Shown here: positions 1-9,849 of the stretch, one piece after another
Layout of the letters: every line of letters begins with the position of its first letter
Position numbering within the stretch: the stretch's first letter is position 1
Source: Myxococcota bacterium
GTDB lineage: Bacteria; Myxococcota_A; UBA9160; SZUA-336
Direction: 5' to 3'
Assembly: GCA_965247115.1 (NCBI GenBank)
Contig: CBDFGR010000003.1
Coordinates: 1,568,001-1,632,000 of the forward strand
DNA: 64,000 nt
Notes under the pieces: generated by a model
Seen by the model: the letters and a program-made list of their open reading frames with translations, nothing else
Database searches by the model: none
Told to the model about the DNA's origin: nothing
Translations under genes and position numbers: made by a program

Positions 1-2334
1 CGCCTCGCGGCGGCGCCGTCGGTCGACGTCTCGATCATCGTGCCGGTCTACGGGCGCGTCGATCTCACACGCCAGTGCGTGGATGCTCTGCTCGCCCATA
101 CCGCAGCCGAGGGCGTCGAGGTGGTCGTCGTGGATGACGCCTCTCCAGATGGTACGGATGCGTACCTGGCTTCGCTTGGAGATCGGATTCGAGTGATTCG
201 AAATCGTACGAATCGCGGCTTTGCGTACTCCTGCAACCGCGGGGCAGACGCGGCGCGGGGCCAGCGGGTCGTCTTTCTCAACAACGACACGATCCCGGGG
301 GCGGGTTGGCTCGCGCCGCTGCTTCGCGAGCTGGACGCGGCGACCGATGTCGCGATCGTGGGCGCGAAGTTGCTCTATCCCAGCGGCGAGGTTCAGCACG
401 CCGGCATCGCCTTCGGTAGACCAGAATCCGTGCCCTACCACATGTACCGTGGCGCGGAGGCCGATCACCCGGCGGTATCCCGGCGGCGCGAGCTGCGAGC
501 GATCACTGGTGCCTGCATGCTGGTTCGCAAAGGCGTATTCGAGGCGGCTGGCGGCTTCGACGAGGCGTATCGCAACGGCTTCGAGGACGTCGATCTGTGT
601 CTTCGCGTTCGGGAGGCGGGAGGGCGGGTGATCTACCAGCCGGAGAGCGAGCTGGTGCATCTCGAGGAGCAGACTCCCGGTCGCAAGGACCATGACACGG
701 AGAACTTGCGCCGTTTCCTTGAGAGCTGGGGCTCCCGCCTGGTCCCTGACGAGACGCGACTCCATCTCGAGGACGGATGGGCGACTCGCGGGGATGGCAT
801 GCAGCGCGTGACGAGCCCGATCGCCAGCGATGAGGAGCGGCAGGCCTGGGAACGGGTCGCCGAGACCGAGAGGCGGCTCGAAGAGGGCGGACCTGCCATG
901 TTGCGTGCCCATCCTCCCCAGCTCGACGCCTGGCCCGAAGACGCCACGACCCGCGCGTGGGGCGCGGGCCTGTTCGAGGAGGCCGATCTCGACGAGGTGG
1001 CTCCCCAACCGATGAGCCAGAGTCGCCCGCTGCGGATCCTGCTCGTCGTCCACTCGTACACCACGGAGTGGGCAGGTGGAACCGAGATCTACACACGCGC
1101 GCTCGCCCACTCCCTCCAGAAGCAGGGCGCGGAGGTCACGATTCTCCACCCGATCGAGGCATCGGCGGGCGCCCAGCCAAGGCTCGAGCGCGGTCGCGAC
1201 GGACCTGTGGCCCTCGCGCGGCTGCACGTGGCCCCCGAGGGGACGATCTGGAGCGATGCGTGCAATCCGGCGGTGGAACGCGTGTTCGACTCGCTGCTCG
1301 AGGCGGAGCCCTTCGACATCGTTCACTTCCAGCACACCCACCGGCTGCTCCCGTTCTCGCTGCTCGAGGTCGCGCAGCAGCGCGGCTCGCACGTGTGCGT
1401 CACGTTGCACGACTTCTGGTTCATGTGTCGCCGCACTCATCTGACCCCTCCTGCGCCCGAGCGTCTCTGCTCTGGCCCGGACAGCGGTGAGAAGTGCGCA
1501 CGCTGTCTGATGTCGACGATCCCGGAAGAGGCCACCGGAGAGCGCATCGCGGACATCAGCCAGGTGCTCGAGGCGCGCAACGCTGCGGCACGGCGCGCGC
1601 TCGCTGCGAGCGGCCTCGTCACCGCGCCATCGCGCTACGTTGTCGATCGATACCTGGCCCACCGCACGGCGCGACACATCGAGGTGGCTCCACTCGGTCT
1701 GGAGCCCGTCGAGTGCGGACCTCGGAGCTCGTCGGTCGCCGTGCGCTTCGGGTTTCTCGGGACGATCACCGAGCTCAAGTGTCCGGGTCTGCTCGTTGAG
1801 GCCTTCGCGCGTGTGCGTGGCGATGCGACGCTCTCGCTCCACGGTGCCGCCGATGCGGCTCTTCTCGAGTCGCTGCAGCGCTGGATCGAGGCCAGCGCTG
1901 GGCGCGCCCGCTACGCGGGCCCGTACGCGCCACAATCTCTGCCCGGCATACTGGCCGAGCTCGACGTCCTGGTGGTGCCCTCGATCGCCGAGACCTACTC
2001 GCTGGCTGCGCGTGAGGCGCTCTCAGCAGGGTTGCCGGTCATTGCCTCTGACGGAGGTGCGTTGCCGGAGGCGATCGAGCACGAGCGCAACGGGTTCCTG
2101 TTTCCCACCGGCGACGTCGAGGCGCTCGCCGCCTGCATGCAGCGGCTGATCGACGACCCTGACGTTCTCGAACGTCTGCGCGCGGGTATAACGCCGCCAA
2201 AGACCATCGCGGACGACGCCGCAGAGTGGCTCCAGCGCTACCAGGCGTTACTGGCCTCGGGAGGACCCGAGAAGACCCCAGAGCATTCCGAGCTCGGCAG
2301 CCGAGCACTCTCGGCACTGCTAGACGCCGTCTAG
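1..2334 (+). CDS. GT2 + GT4 two-domain glycosyltransferase (5' end outside window)
   Basis: Frame open from base 1 (SIIVPVY, VVVDDASPDGT, FLNND, GFEDVDLC = GT2); C-terminal HFQH/TLHDFW/E-x7-EALSAGLPVIAS = GT4. Confidence 0.9.
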   Translation, partial: RLAAAPSVDVSIIVPVYGRVDLTRQCVDALLAHTAAEGVEVVVVDDASPDGTDAYLASLGDRIRVIRNRTNRGFAYSCNRGADAARGQRVVFLNNDTIPGAGWLAPLLRELDAATDVAIVGAKLLYPSGEVQHAGIAFGRPESVPYHMYRGAEADHPAVSRRRELRAITGACMLVRKGVFEAAGGFDEAYRNGFEDVDLCLRVREAGGRVIYQPESELVHLEEQTPGRKDHDTENLRRFLESWGSRLVPDETRLHLEDGWATRGDGMQRVTSPIASDEERQAWERVAETERRLEEGGPAMLRAHPPQLDAWPEDATTRAWGAGLFEEADLDEVAPQPMSQSRPLRILLVVHSYTTEWAGGTEIYTRALAHSLQKQGAEVTILHPIEASAGAQPRLERGRDGPVALARLHVAPEGTIWSDACNPAVERVFDSLLEAEPFDIVHFQHTHRLLPFSLLEVAQQRGSHVCVTLHDFWFMCRRTHLTPPAPERLCSGPDSGEKCARCLMSTIPEEATGERIADISQVLEARNAAARRALAASGLVTAPSRYVVDRYLAHRTARHIEVAPLGLEPVECGPRSSSVAVRFGFLGTITELKCPGLLVEAFARVRGDATLSLHGAADAALLESLQRWIEASAGRARYAGPYAPQSLPGILAELDVLVVPSIAETYSLAAREALSAGLPVIASDGGALPEAIEHERNGFLFPTGDVEALAACMQRLIDDPDVLERLRAGITPPKTIADDAAEWLQRYQALLASGGPEKTPEHSELGSRALSALLDAV

Positions 2335-2337
2335 TCC

Positions 2338-3282
2338 ATGCGAGATCCACTGATCTCCGTCATCACGCCCACGTGGAACCGGGCCCGCTTCATCCAGGAG
2401 GGGCTCCGCAGCGTTCTGGATCAATGCCCCGATGACTGGGAGGTGGTTGTCGTCGACGACGGTTCGACAGACGACACCAGGGAAATCGTGACGGGGCTGC
2501 GACATCCCGCACTCCGGTACGTGTCGAAGCCGCACTCCGGGGCCCCCGATACGCGCAATCTGGGGATCGCGAACGCAGCGGGCTCGTATCTACTCTGGCT
2601 CGACTCGGACGACTGCCTCGCCCCCGGAGTTGCTGCCCGCTATGGCGAGCTCGTTCGCACCCATCCCCACGCCGACGTTCTCTATGGCGATCTCATCGTA
2701 ACCGACGCTGAGCTTCGGCCCGATCGTGAGATCCACTACGAGAACTGGCACGGTCGCAACGACACCCTGGTGGCTCAGCTCACCTCCTGCTGTCCGATTC
2801 CGAACCCAGGCGCGCTCGTGCGACGGGCTGCCTACGAGCGTTTCGGGGCCTACGACCCGAGCTTTCGGCGGGCGCACGATTTCGAGTGGTGGTCACGGGT
2901 CGCGGGCACGCTGGAGTTCTTGCACTGCGGTGGGACCGTGGCGTTGTGGCGCTGACACGATACCAACATGTCCTCGGGATCGGTGGACGTCGACACGAGC
3001 TTCGAGGCGAGGGTCACGCGCCGGCTTCTGCACCGCTACACGCTGCGGGGCCTGTTCCCGGACCTCAGCTGGGACACCCGGCCCTGGGTCGAGAGCGAGG
3101 GCCTCGCCTGTCTGCGCATCGCGTCGCGTCTGGCGAGCCTCGGCGACCTCAACGGCGCGCTCGAGTACTCGCGGGAGAGCTCCCGGCTCTGGCCGTCGGC
3201 GCAAGCGCGGGAGGTCGTCGCCCTGCTCGAGCGGCAGTTCACGCCGGGTGTGATCGGAGTCCCTGGCGGGAGTCGCCAGTGA
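2338..3282 (+). pseudogene. GT2 glycosyltransferase interrupted by an in-frame TGA at 2953-2955
   Basis: ISVITPTWN, VVVDDGSTDDT, WLDSDD motifs; reads ALWR*HDTNMS, continuing the usual YRxHxxN GT2 motif in the same frame to 3282. Confidence 0.75.
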
Positions 3283-4829
3283 GCCGGTTTGCAGCGAGTC
3301 CGCTTGTGGTCGCGACACGCGTGGTGCACCAGGCCGAGCGCGAGTTCGAGGTAAATGCCCTGCGCTGCGGCGATCTGCTCGTGTGGCCGCTGATCCGTCT
3401 GGCGTTGTGGCACCAGATCAATCGAGCGGAGTGTCAGATCATCACGCCCCGCGAGATCCCTGCGGTGAACGGCCCGACGACCTGCGCGGGTCTTCCGAGG
3501 CTGCTGAGCCGCGCAGCGTACGAGGGCTTCGTTGCCACCCCTGAAGAGCTCCCGGCGGAGGAAGAGCGCTGCGACGCGTTGTTCTACACGCGGGGCGAGG
3601 AGTACAAGGAGCGCATCGACGGGCGTCCGTACAATCGCTTTGTCGATCCGCTGATCTCGCGCGCGTCTTCGCGCTGGCGCTGCCAGAAGATGCTGCTGGC
3701 CGAACAGGCGGAGACGGATCCGAAGACACACTGGGGTGAGACGCTGGTGCTCACCGCCGCGGACTTCATCGCGTGCAAGCACTCTCGAGCTGCTAGCGAT
3801 GGCAACCCTGGCCCGCGTTCCATCGAGAAGTTCGCCGAGTTCCAGCACTACATGCGCGGGTTGCTCGGGGACTTCGAGCTCCCGGAGTCTTACTTTGTCG
3901 ATGCCGCGCGTGCGATCGACGACTATCAGGCGTTCTTTACCCGTCTTCTATCGCTGTTGCAGCCGCGAGCCGTGTTCTTGACGTGCTACTACCAGAACGT
4001 GCAGATGGCGCTGATCCGCGCGTGCAAGTTCCTCGGCATCACGAGTGTCGATCTGCAGCACGGCTCGCAAGCACCGTACCATCAGGGGTACGACACGTGG
4101 CACGCGATGCCTCCGACGGGCTACGACACGCTGCCTGACGTGTGCTGGGTCTGGGGCCCCTACGGTGCGGACAGCCATGGCCGCAATCTCGGTAGCCTTC
4201 CAGGAGCCCCACGCGCCGTTGTTGGAGGTTGTTCCTGGCTGAACGACTGGCTGGGAGGTGACATGATCCCTCCCGTTCCCGCGGCGCGCGCGTTCTACCG
4301 CGAGCTGGAGCGATTCGAGCGCCGAATCCTGCTCACGTGGAGTCCGGTTCCCGAAGCCCCGCCACCGGTACTTCTGGATGCCATGCGCCGCTCACCACCG
4401 AGCTGGCGTTGGCTGTTGCGGCTGCATCCCCTGGGAAAGTCGCTGCTCGAGCCGATGAAGCAGCTCTTCGCGCGCGAGGGTATCCATGGTGTCGAGCTCG
4501 AGCACTCCACGGACCTCCCCCTCTATGCCCTGCTGCGCCGCTGTACGCACCACGTGACGCGGCTGTCGACGGTCGTCTTCGAAGGTCTCGCCTTTCAGGT
4601 GCCGTCCGCGATGCTGGAGCGCTGCGGGCCCGACCGCTACCAGGAGCACCTGCGAGACGGTGTCTTCGCCGCTCCTTCGAGTGCGGACGAGCTGCTCGGC
4701 TTCCTGCGCCGCGAGCCAGCGGAGCTGTTGGCCCGCGAGCGCCTGCCGTACTTCGACACCGACGAGGCCACAACGGAACGGGCGCTCGCGGCCCTGCTCG
4801 AGCCATCAGCCGCACGCAGCTCCGCCTAA
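3279..4829 (+). CDS. Polysaccharide biosynthesis protein, possible GT-B glycosyl/nonulosonate transferase
   Basis: GTG overlaps upstream stop (GTGA); DLQHG, WVWG, LRLHP and STVVFEGLAF motifs; glycan-cluster context. Confidence 0.6.
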   Translation: MSRFAASPLVVATRVVHQAEREFEVNALRCGDLLVWPLIRLALWHQINRAECQIITPREIPAVNGPTTCAGLPRLLSRAAYEGFVATPEELPAEEERCDALFYTRGEEYKERIDGRPYNRFVDPLISRASSRWRCQKMLLAEQAETDPKTHWGETLVLTAADFIACKHSRAASDGNPGPRSIEKFAEFQHYMRGLLGDFELPESYFVDAARAIDDYQAFFTRLLSLLQPRAVFLTCYYQNVQMALIRACKFLGITSVDLQHGSQAPYHQGYDTWHAMPPTGYDTLPDVCWVWGPYGADSHGRNLGSLPGAPRAVVGGCSWLNDWLGGDMIPPVPAARAFYRELERFERRILLTWSPVPEAPPPVLLDAMRRSPPSWRWLLRLHPLGKSLLEPMKQLFAREGIHGVELEHSTDLPLYALLRRCTHHVTRLSTVVFEGLAFQVPSAMLERCGPDRYQEHLRDGVFAAPSSADELLGFLRREPAELLARERLPYFDTDEATTERALAALLEPSAARSSA

Positions 4830-4882
4830 AGCGCGCCGCCCTTCCGCCCGAATTGAAGAGGACCCCTCCCTGCGAGTCCAGA

Positions 4883-5929
4883 GTGGCCCATATCTTCAAG
4901 CAGACCTCCGAGGCGAGAAAGGGCATCGTCGTGTTCACGCACAAGGAGGCCGACTGGGCTCGGTCCTGTCCGCAAGCGACCGATGCGCTCCGCTACATGC
5001 GTCACGAGTACCTCCTGGGCGTCCACTATGGCCACCTGACGAGCAAGTCTCGCGAGAGCTGGGAGGAGTTCTGTATGGGGGCGGAGTCCACCGTGACGTT
5101 CACGGGCGAGCCGCCGTACCGGATCCCGTTCAACAGTCGCGCCTTCACGCCGGAGTGGTTTCGCCCGCGGCCGGAGATCGGAAAATTCTGGGACGTCATC
5201 AATGTCTCCCGAAATCTCCGTCTCAAGCGTCTGGACGCGTTCCTGCTCGCGGTGCGCCGCCTCTACGATCGCGGGATGAAGTCCCGGGTGCTGCTCGTCT
5301 GCCCGACATCGAGCAACGAGACGCCGGATCGGAACTTCGTCGATCTCGTTGACGCGTACCGCGACATGTTCAGCTCGCAAGAGCGCGAGCGCTTTACGGT
5401 GATGCGACTGGGCGCGGACCTGGATCACCTGGGCATCTCGAACCGGACCGTTGCCCACTTCTACAACTCCTCAAAGGTCTTCTGTCTCCTGTCCCCGCAC
5501 GAGGGCGAGTCCCGCGTCATCCACGAAGCGCTGCTGTCCGGTCTCGCGATCGTGACGTACCGAGGCCTGCAGGGCGGGGGTCGCGACTACCTCGACGAGA
5601 GCAACTGCGTCTCCTTCGATGACTACGAGAGGGTCGATGAAGCGCTGATGGAAGCGGTCGCGCGTCATGCCGAGCTGAACACGGATCCCGATCGCCACGC
5701 GGACGAACTCCGCGAGGACCGAACCGTTCCGCGCCTGGTCGAGTACTTCGCAGATCTGTGCGCCAGCTGCGACCTGCCATTCGATGCGGAGCTGCTCAAC
5801 ATCGACCGTCTGGCATTGCGGCTTCCGGCTCACTGGGACGACGTACCGTGGCGGGGCGAGGGCCCCACCGCCGACATCCGATCCGTCGAGCAGCTCTTTC
5901 GCCTGGTCGATCAGCTGGAGTGGAACTGA
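4883..5929 (+). CDS. GT4-like glycosyltransferase
   Basis: KRLD and HEGESRVIHEALLSG (E-x7-E) motifs; GTG start chosen after upstream stop. Confidence 0.7.
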   Translation: MAHIFKQTSEARKGIVVFTHKEADWARSCPQATDALRYMRHEYLLGVHYGHLTSKSRESWEEFCMGAESTVTFTGEPPYRIPFNSRAFTPEWFRPRPEIGKFWDVINVSRNLRLKRLDAFLLAVRRLYDRGMKSRVLLVCPTSSNETPDRNFVDLVDAYRDMFSSQERERFTVMRLGADLDHLGISNRTVAHFYNSSKVFCLLSPHEGESRVIHEALLSGLAIVTYRGLQGGGRDYLDESNCVSFDDYERVDEALMEAVARHAELNTDPDRHADELREDRTVPRLVEYFADLCASCDLPFDAELLNIDRLALRLPAHWDDVPWRGEGPTADIRSVEQLFRLVDQLEWN

Positions 5930-6666
5930 TGTCGGTACTCGTCGTCACGAGCCATCCAGACGATGAGTCGCTCTGGTGCGGCGGAACCCTGAGCGCCCTC
6001 CGCGATGTGGCCGATGTGGGCGTCGTCTGTCTGTGGGGAAATCTCGAGCCGGCCGACGCGCAGCGAGCGGCGGAGTTCGGGGCAGCGACGCGCGCGCTCC
6101 GTGCACGCGCTCATCTGTGCGTGCAGGCTTCGGCAGATCCGATTGGCGAGGGGCTCGAGCGCCTGGAGATCGACGCGGTCGAGCTCGTGCTGACCCACTC
6201 GCCGACCGGGGATGAGCACGCGCACGAGCACCACCGCCTGACCTGGTCCGTGACGCGTCGCTGGGCTGCGGAGCGCGGCCTGCCCTTTGGCTGGTTCTCG
6301 TTCTTCCCCTTGCCCTGGTTCTCCTATACACCACGCCTCTCTCGCGCGCGAAGGAGGGGTGGGCTCCACCTGCTGGGTCTCTACGAGTGCCAGCCAGCGG
6401 AAGGGAGTCTGAACGGGCTCGTTCCGCCGCGCTGGTACATCCAGTTCCTGGTCGATCCACGCGTCAAGCAGGAGCTCCTGGACTGCTATCACTCGGTCGA
6501 CCACGAGGCGCACAGTCGCGGCTACTTCGCATGGACGTCGAACCACGAGGGCTTCTACCTGTGCGACGACCTCGGGATGAAGGTCTTCGAACGACTCATC
6601 GATCGAATGCCTGCACCCGCCGGTGAGCGGGACCCGTTCCTCCTGCCCACAGCGGAGATGCTCTGA
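5929..6666 (+). CDS. PIG-L/LmbE-family de-N-acetylase
   Basis: VLVVTSHPDDE and THSPTGDEHAHEHH motifs; TGATG coupling. Confidence 0.8.
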   Translation: MSVLVVTSHPDDESLWCGGTLSALRDVADVGVVCLWGNLEPADAQRAAEFGAATRALRARAHLCVQASADPIGEGLERLEIDAVELVLTHSPTGDEHAHEHHRLTWSVTRRWAAERGLPFGWFSFFPLPWFSYTPRLSRARRRGGLHLLGLYECQPAEGSLNGLVPPRWYIQFLVDPRVKQELLDCYHSVDHEAHSRGYFAWTSNHEGFYLCDDLGMKVFERLIDRMPAPAGERDPFLLPTAEML

Positions 6667-6668
6667 GA

Positions 6669-8015
6669 ATGGGAGTTACCAGACAGGACCTGGATCTGTT
6701 TCGGCAGCTTCGGGAGTTTCAACCGCTGGGCAAGCGCTGCGCCATCATCGGCGACTGCACCTTCTACTACGAGGGCGGGTCGGTCGAGCAGTTCGGAGCG
6801 ATGCTCGGCTTCGAGGAGGTCGACACCTTCGACATCCTCGGCTCGCCGACACACCGGGTCGACATGAACGAGCCACTGCCGGACGAATTCCGGAATCGCT
6901 ACGACTGGATCATCGATGCGGGGAGCCTGTACTGCATCTTCGATGTAGCCACTGCGCTCCGGAACATCCTGAGCATGCTTCGGCCGGTGGGTACCATACT
7001 GCACACCTCGAACCTGGTCGGTCACTTCGGGCGGGGGTTCTACGCGTTTGGGCCCGCATTCTTCCAGGACTTCTACCGTGCGAACGGCTTCGAGATCCGC
7101 GCGATGGCCCACCGTCTCAAGACGGTGGATAGCCAGTGGACGCTGTTCCCGCCAACGCTCTCCTATCTGAAGAACGCATCGGACGGGCACTTGGAGTGGG
7201 ACGACGTGGGCCATCCACTTACCAGACTCGTACCGAACGACAGTCTGATCATGGCGTTCTGCTGCCGCGAGGAGGAGCGACCCTTCACCAAACCCCTTCC
7301 GGATCACTATGTGCGAGAGAGCCTGCCCGAGGTGGTCTGCGATGCCGACGATCTCGAGTTCCTGTGGTCGAAGATCGGGCCGGCGCAGAACCGCACGAAA
7401 GTGCCGTTCGTCCGCTTCCAGAACCTCTATCAGCGCATTCTCGAAGTGCAGAACGCAGGGCTGGAGGGAGATCTGGTCGAGGTCGGAGTCTGGAAGGGTG
7501 GGTGCGTGGCACTCATGGGATTCATGGCAGAGAAGGAGGGCCGCGGGCGCCGGGTCTGGGCATTCGATTCGTTTCACGGCATGTCGAAGTCCGTCCCCGA
7601 GATCGACGGGGAGCTGTCGACGCACCCGGACGTCCAGCTGCACAACTACGACTTCAACGACTTCCGCCACACCTGTTTCGATCTCATGGAGCTCGACGAA
7701 GCCACGATCAACATCTGTCCGGGGTGGGTCGAGAACACACTACCCGTGCTGGGTCGGGTGATCGACAAGATCAGCGTGCTCCGCATCGACGTCGACTGGT
7801 GGGAGCCGACGCGTGACGTGCTGGAACACCTGTATGACAAGGTTGTGCCCGGAGGCTTCGTCATCTGCGATGACTACGGGTACTGGGAGGGCGCCCGCAA
7901 GGCGGTGGATGAGTTCCGAGCCGAGCGTGGCATCCGCTCGCCCCTGGTCCAAACGTGGAAGAACGCCCCGAACCTCAAGAAGGGAACGGAGCACTTCTGG
8001 CGAGTGGAGCCGTGA
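6669..8015 (+). CDS. Two-domain methyltransferase: SAM-like N-domain fused to TylF/MycF O-methyltransferase
   Basis: C-half GDLVEVGVWKGG, FDSFHG, LRIDVDWWE, PGGFVICDDY; N-half YDWIIDAGSL...LRPVG. Confidence 0.8.
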   Translation: MGVTRQDLDLFRQLREFQPLGKRCAIIGDCTFYYEGGSVEQFGAMLGFEEVDTFDILGSPTHRVDMNEPLPDEFRNRYDWIIDAGSLYCIFDVATALRNILSMLRPVGTILHTSNLVGHFGRGFYAFGPAFFQDFYRANGFEIRAMAHRLKTVDSQWTLFPPTLSYLKNASDGHLEWDDVGHPLTRLVPNDSLIMAFCCREEERPFTKPLPDHYVRESLPEVVCDADDLEFLWSKIGPAQNRTKVPFVRFQNLYQRILEVQNAGLEGDLVEVGVWKGGCVALMGFMAEKEGRGRRVWAFDSFHGMSKSVPEIDGELSTHPDVQLHNYDFNDFRHTCFDLMELDEATINICPGWVENTLPVLGRVIDKISVLRIDVDWWEPTRDVLEHLYDKVVPGGFVICDDYGYWEGARKAVDEFRAERGIRSPLVQTWKNAPNLKKGTEHFWRVEP

Positions 8016-8108
8016 CGGAGCGTCGGATGCTCGACGTCCCGACGAGATTTCGACACGCCCGCGCTGCGCACCGTCGTTCGCTGGTGACGCACGTCAGCTC
8101 GTGGCGCG

Positions 8109-8124
8109 TGGTCCGGGAATTGCA
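8109..8124 (+). promoter_or_regulatory. Putative sigma54 (-24/-12) promoter upstream of neuB
   Basis: TGGTCCGGGAATTGCA fits the TGGCACG-N4-TTGCW spacing; lies in the only sizeable intergenic gap of the cluster, ahead of the AGGAG RBS. Confidence 0.5.
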
Positions 8125-8171
8125 TTCGTGTTGCTCCAAGACGTGGCCTCCCCCGACACAGGAGTCCGTCG

Positions 8172-9086
8172 ATGCCCAGCAGCGTCAGCGTTGGTGAGTT
8201 CGGCCCGTTGATCGCGGGCCGCACGTTCATCGTCGCGGAGATCGGGATCAACCATAATGGAGATCTCGGCCTCGTCCGTCGGCTGATCGCTGCAGCAGCG
8301 AGCGCGGGCTGCGACGCCGTCAAGTTCCAGAAGCGCACAGTAGACGTCGTCTACACGCCTGAGGAGCTGGCGAGACCCCGTGCCAACCCGTTTGGCCCGA
8401 CGAACGGCGACCTCAAGCTGGGTCTCGAGCTGGGACGTGAGGCCTACGAGCAGATCGAGGCGTGCTGTGAGGCGCACCAGATCCAGTGGAGTGCATCGTG
8501 TTGGGACACGGGCTCGGTCGACTTCATCGCCGGGTTCGATCCCGCGTTCATGAAGATCGCTTCAGCATCGCTCACGGATGACGACCTGCTTCGTCACTAC
8601 CGTCGGACCGGGAAGCCGCTCTTTCTCTCGACCGGCATGAGCACGCTCGCGGAGATGGATCACGCAGTAGACGTGCTGGGCACGGAGGACCTCGTTCTTC
8701 TCCACTGCACGAGCTCGTATCCCGCCAGCCACGCGGAGATCAACCTGCGCTGTATGGGGGCCCTGCGCGAGCGCTACGGGATTCCGGTTGGCTACTCGGG
8801 TCACGAGCGCGGGATCGCTCCGACGCTGGCAGCAGTCGCACTTGGCGCCTGTGCGATCGAGCGACACGTGACCCTGGATCGAAGCCTCTGGGGCTCGGAT
8901 CAAGCTGCCTCGATCGAGACTCCGGAGCTGATCCGGTTGGTACGGGAGGTCCGAGCGGTCGAGGAGTCACTCGGCGATGGTACAAAGCGGGTCTACCCGA
9001 GCGAGGAGTCAGCCAGGGCGAAGCTGCGTCGGGTCCACGGGACGCCGTCGGCGCGGGTTGCGCACGGGCCCGCTGTGCGGGCCTGA
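8172..9086 (+). CDS. neuB: NeuB-family nonulosonic acid synthase
   Basis: IVAEIGINHNGD, DAVKFQKR, KIASA, LSTGMST, LLHCTSSYP, GYSGHE, IERHVTLDR. Confidence 0.92.
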   Translation: MPSSVSVGEFGPLIAGRTFIVAEIGINHNGDLGLVRRLIAAAASAGCDAVKFQKRTVDVVYTPEELARPRANPFGPTNGDLKLGLELGREAYEQIEACCEAHQIQWSASCWDTGSVDFIAGFDPAFMKIASASLTDDDLLRHYRRTGKPLFLSTGMSTLAEMDHAVDVLGTEDLVLLHCTSSYPASHAEINLRCMGALRERYGIPVGYSGHERGIAPTLAAVALGACAIERHVTLDRSLWGSDQAASIETPELIRLVREVRAVEESLGDGTKRVYPSEESARAKLRRVHGTPSARVAHGPAVRA

Positions 9087-9099
9087 GGAGACGCCTGCC

Positions 9100-9849
9100 A
9101 TGTCGTCCGGGCCGGAGGCGGGGGCGCGACCGTCGATCCTGGGCAGCCGGCGGTACCTGACCTCGTTGTACTCGGACGAGCGGCGTCCAGCGAGCGACTA
9201 CCCTCGGCACCTGGCCGGGCACATAAGAGAGCTCTACGGGGACGGCGGGCGACTGCTCGACATCGGCTGCGGTCGGGGCGACATGCTGCGCGCGTTCGCG
9301 GACTGCGGCTTCGAGGTCTCGGGTCTCGACGTCTCGCCCGCGGCGAAAGAGATGGCGGCTCCGCATCCCGTCAAGATCGCCGACCTGGAGCGCGACGAGC
9401 TCCCCTACGTGCCAGGGAGCTTCGACTGCGTGTTCTCCAAGTCGGTGATCGAGCACATGCACGATCCGCTTGCGCTCCTACGCGCGTCGCTCGAAGCCCT
9501 GCGGCCAGGTGGGGTGGCGGTCGTGATGACACCGAGCTGGCTGCATCACGGCTGGGGTCCTTTCTACCTGGACTTCACACACGTCCGTCCCTTCACGGCG
9601 CCAGCGCTGGCCGACGCGCTGGAGCTGGCCGGCTTCGAGGGTGTGGAGGTGCGCCACTTTCGCCAGCTCCCCGTCCTGTGGCGACACCGCTGGCTCGTGC
9701 CCTGGGTTTCGCTGTTCGCGCGCCTGCCCCTGCCATATAGACCGATGCAGCGCGCTCCCTGGCCTGAGGGGCTCAACAGATTCATCCGCTTCTCCAGGGA
9801 AGTCATGTTGCTCGGAATTGCCCGCAAGCCGGAGGACCCCGGTGCCTGA
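9100..9849 (+). CDS. Class I SAM-dependent methyltransferase
   Basis: LLDIGCGRG, FDCVFSKSVIEH, LRPGG. Confidence 0.88.
   Translation: MSSGPEAGARPSILGSRRYLTSLYSDERRPASDYPRHLAGHIRELYGDGGRLLDIGCGRGDMLRAFADCGFEVSGLDVSPAAKEMAAPHPVKIADLERDELPYVPGSFDCVFSKSVIEHMHDPLALLRASLEALRPGGVAVVMTPSWLHHGWGPFYLDFTHVRPFTAPALADALELAGFEGVEVRHFRQLPVLWRHRWLVPWVSLFARLPLPYRPMQRAPWPEGLNRFIRFSREVMLLGIARKPEDPGA

Noticed and set aside
4827..4853. Possible sigma28 promoter (TAAAG..GCCCGAAT)
   Set aside because: -10 box fits GCCGATAA poorly
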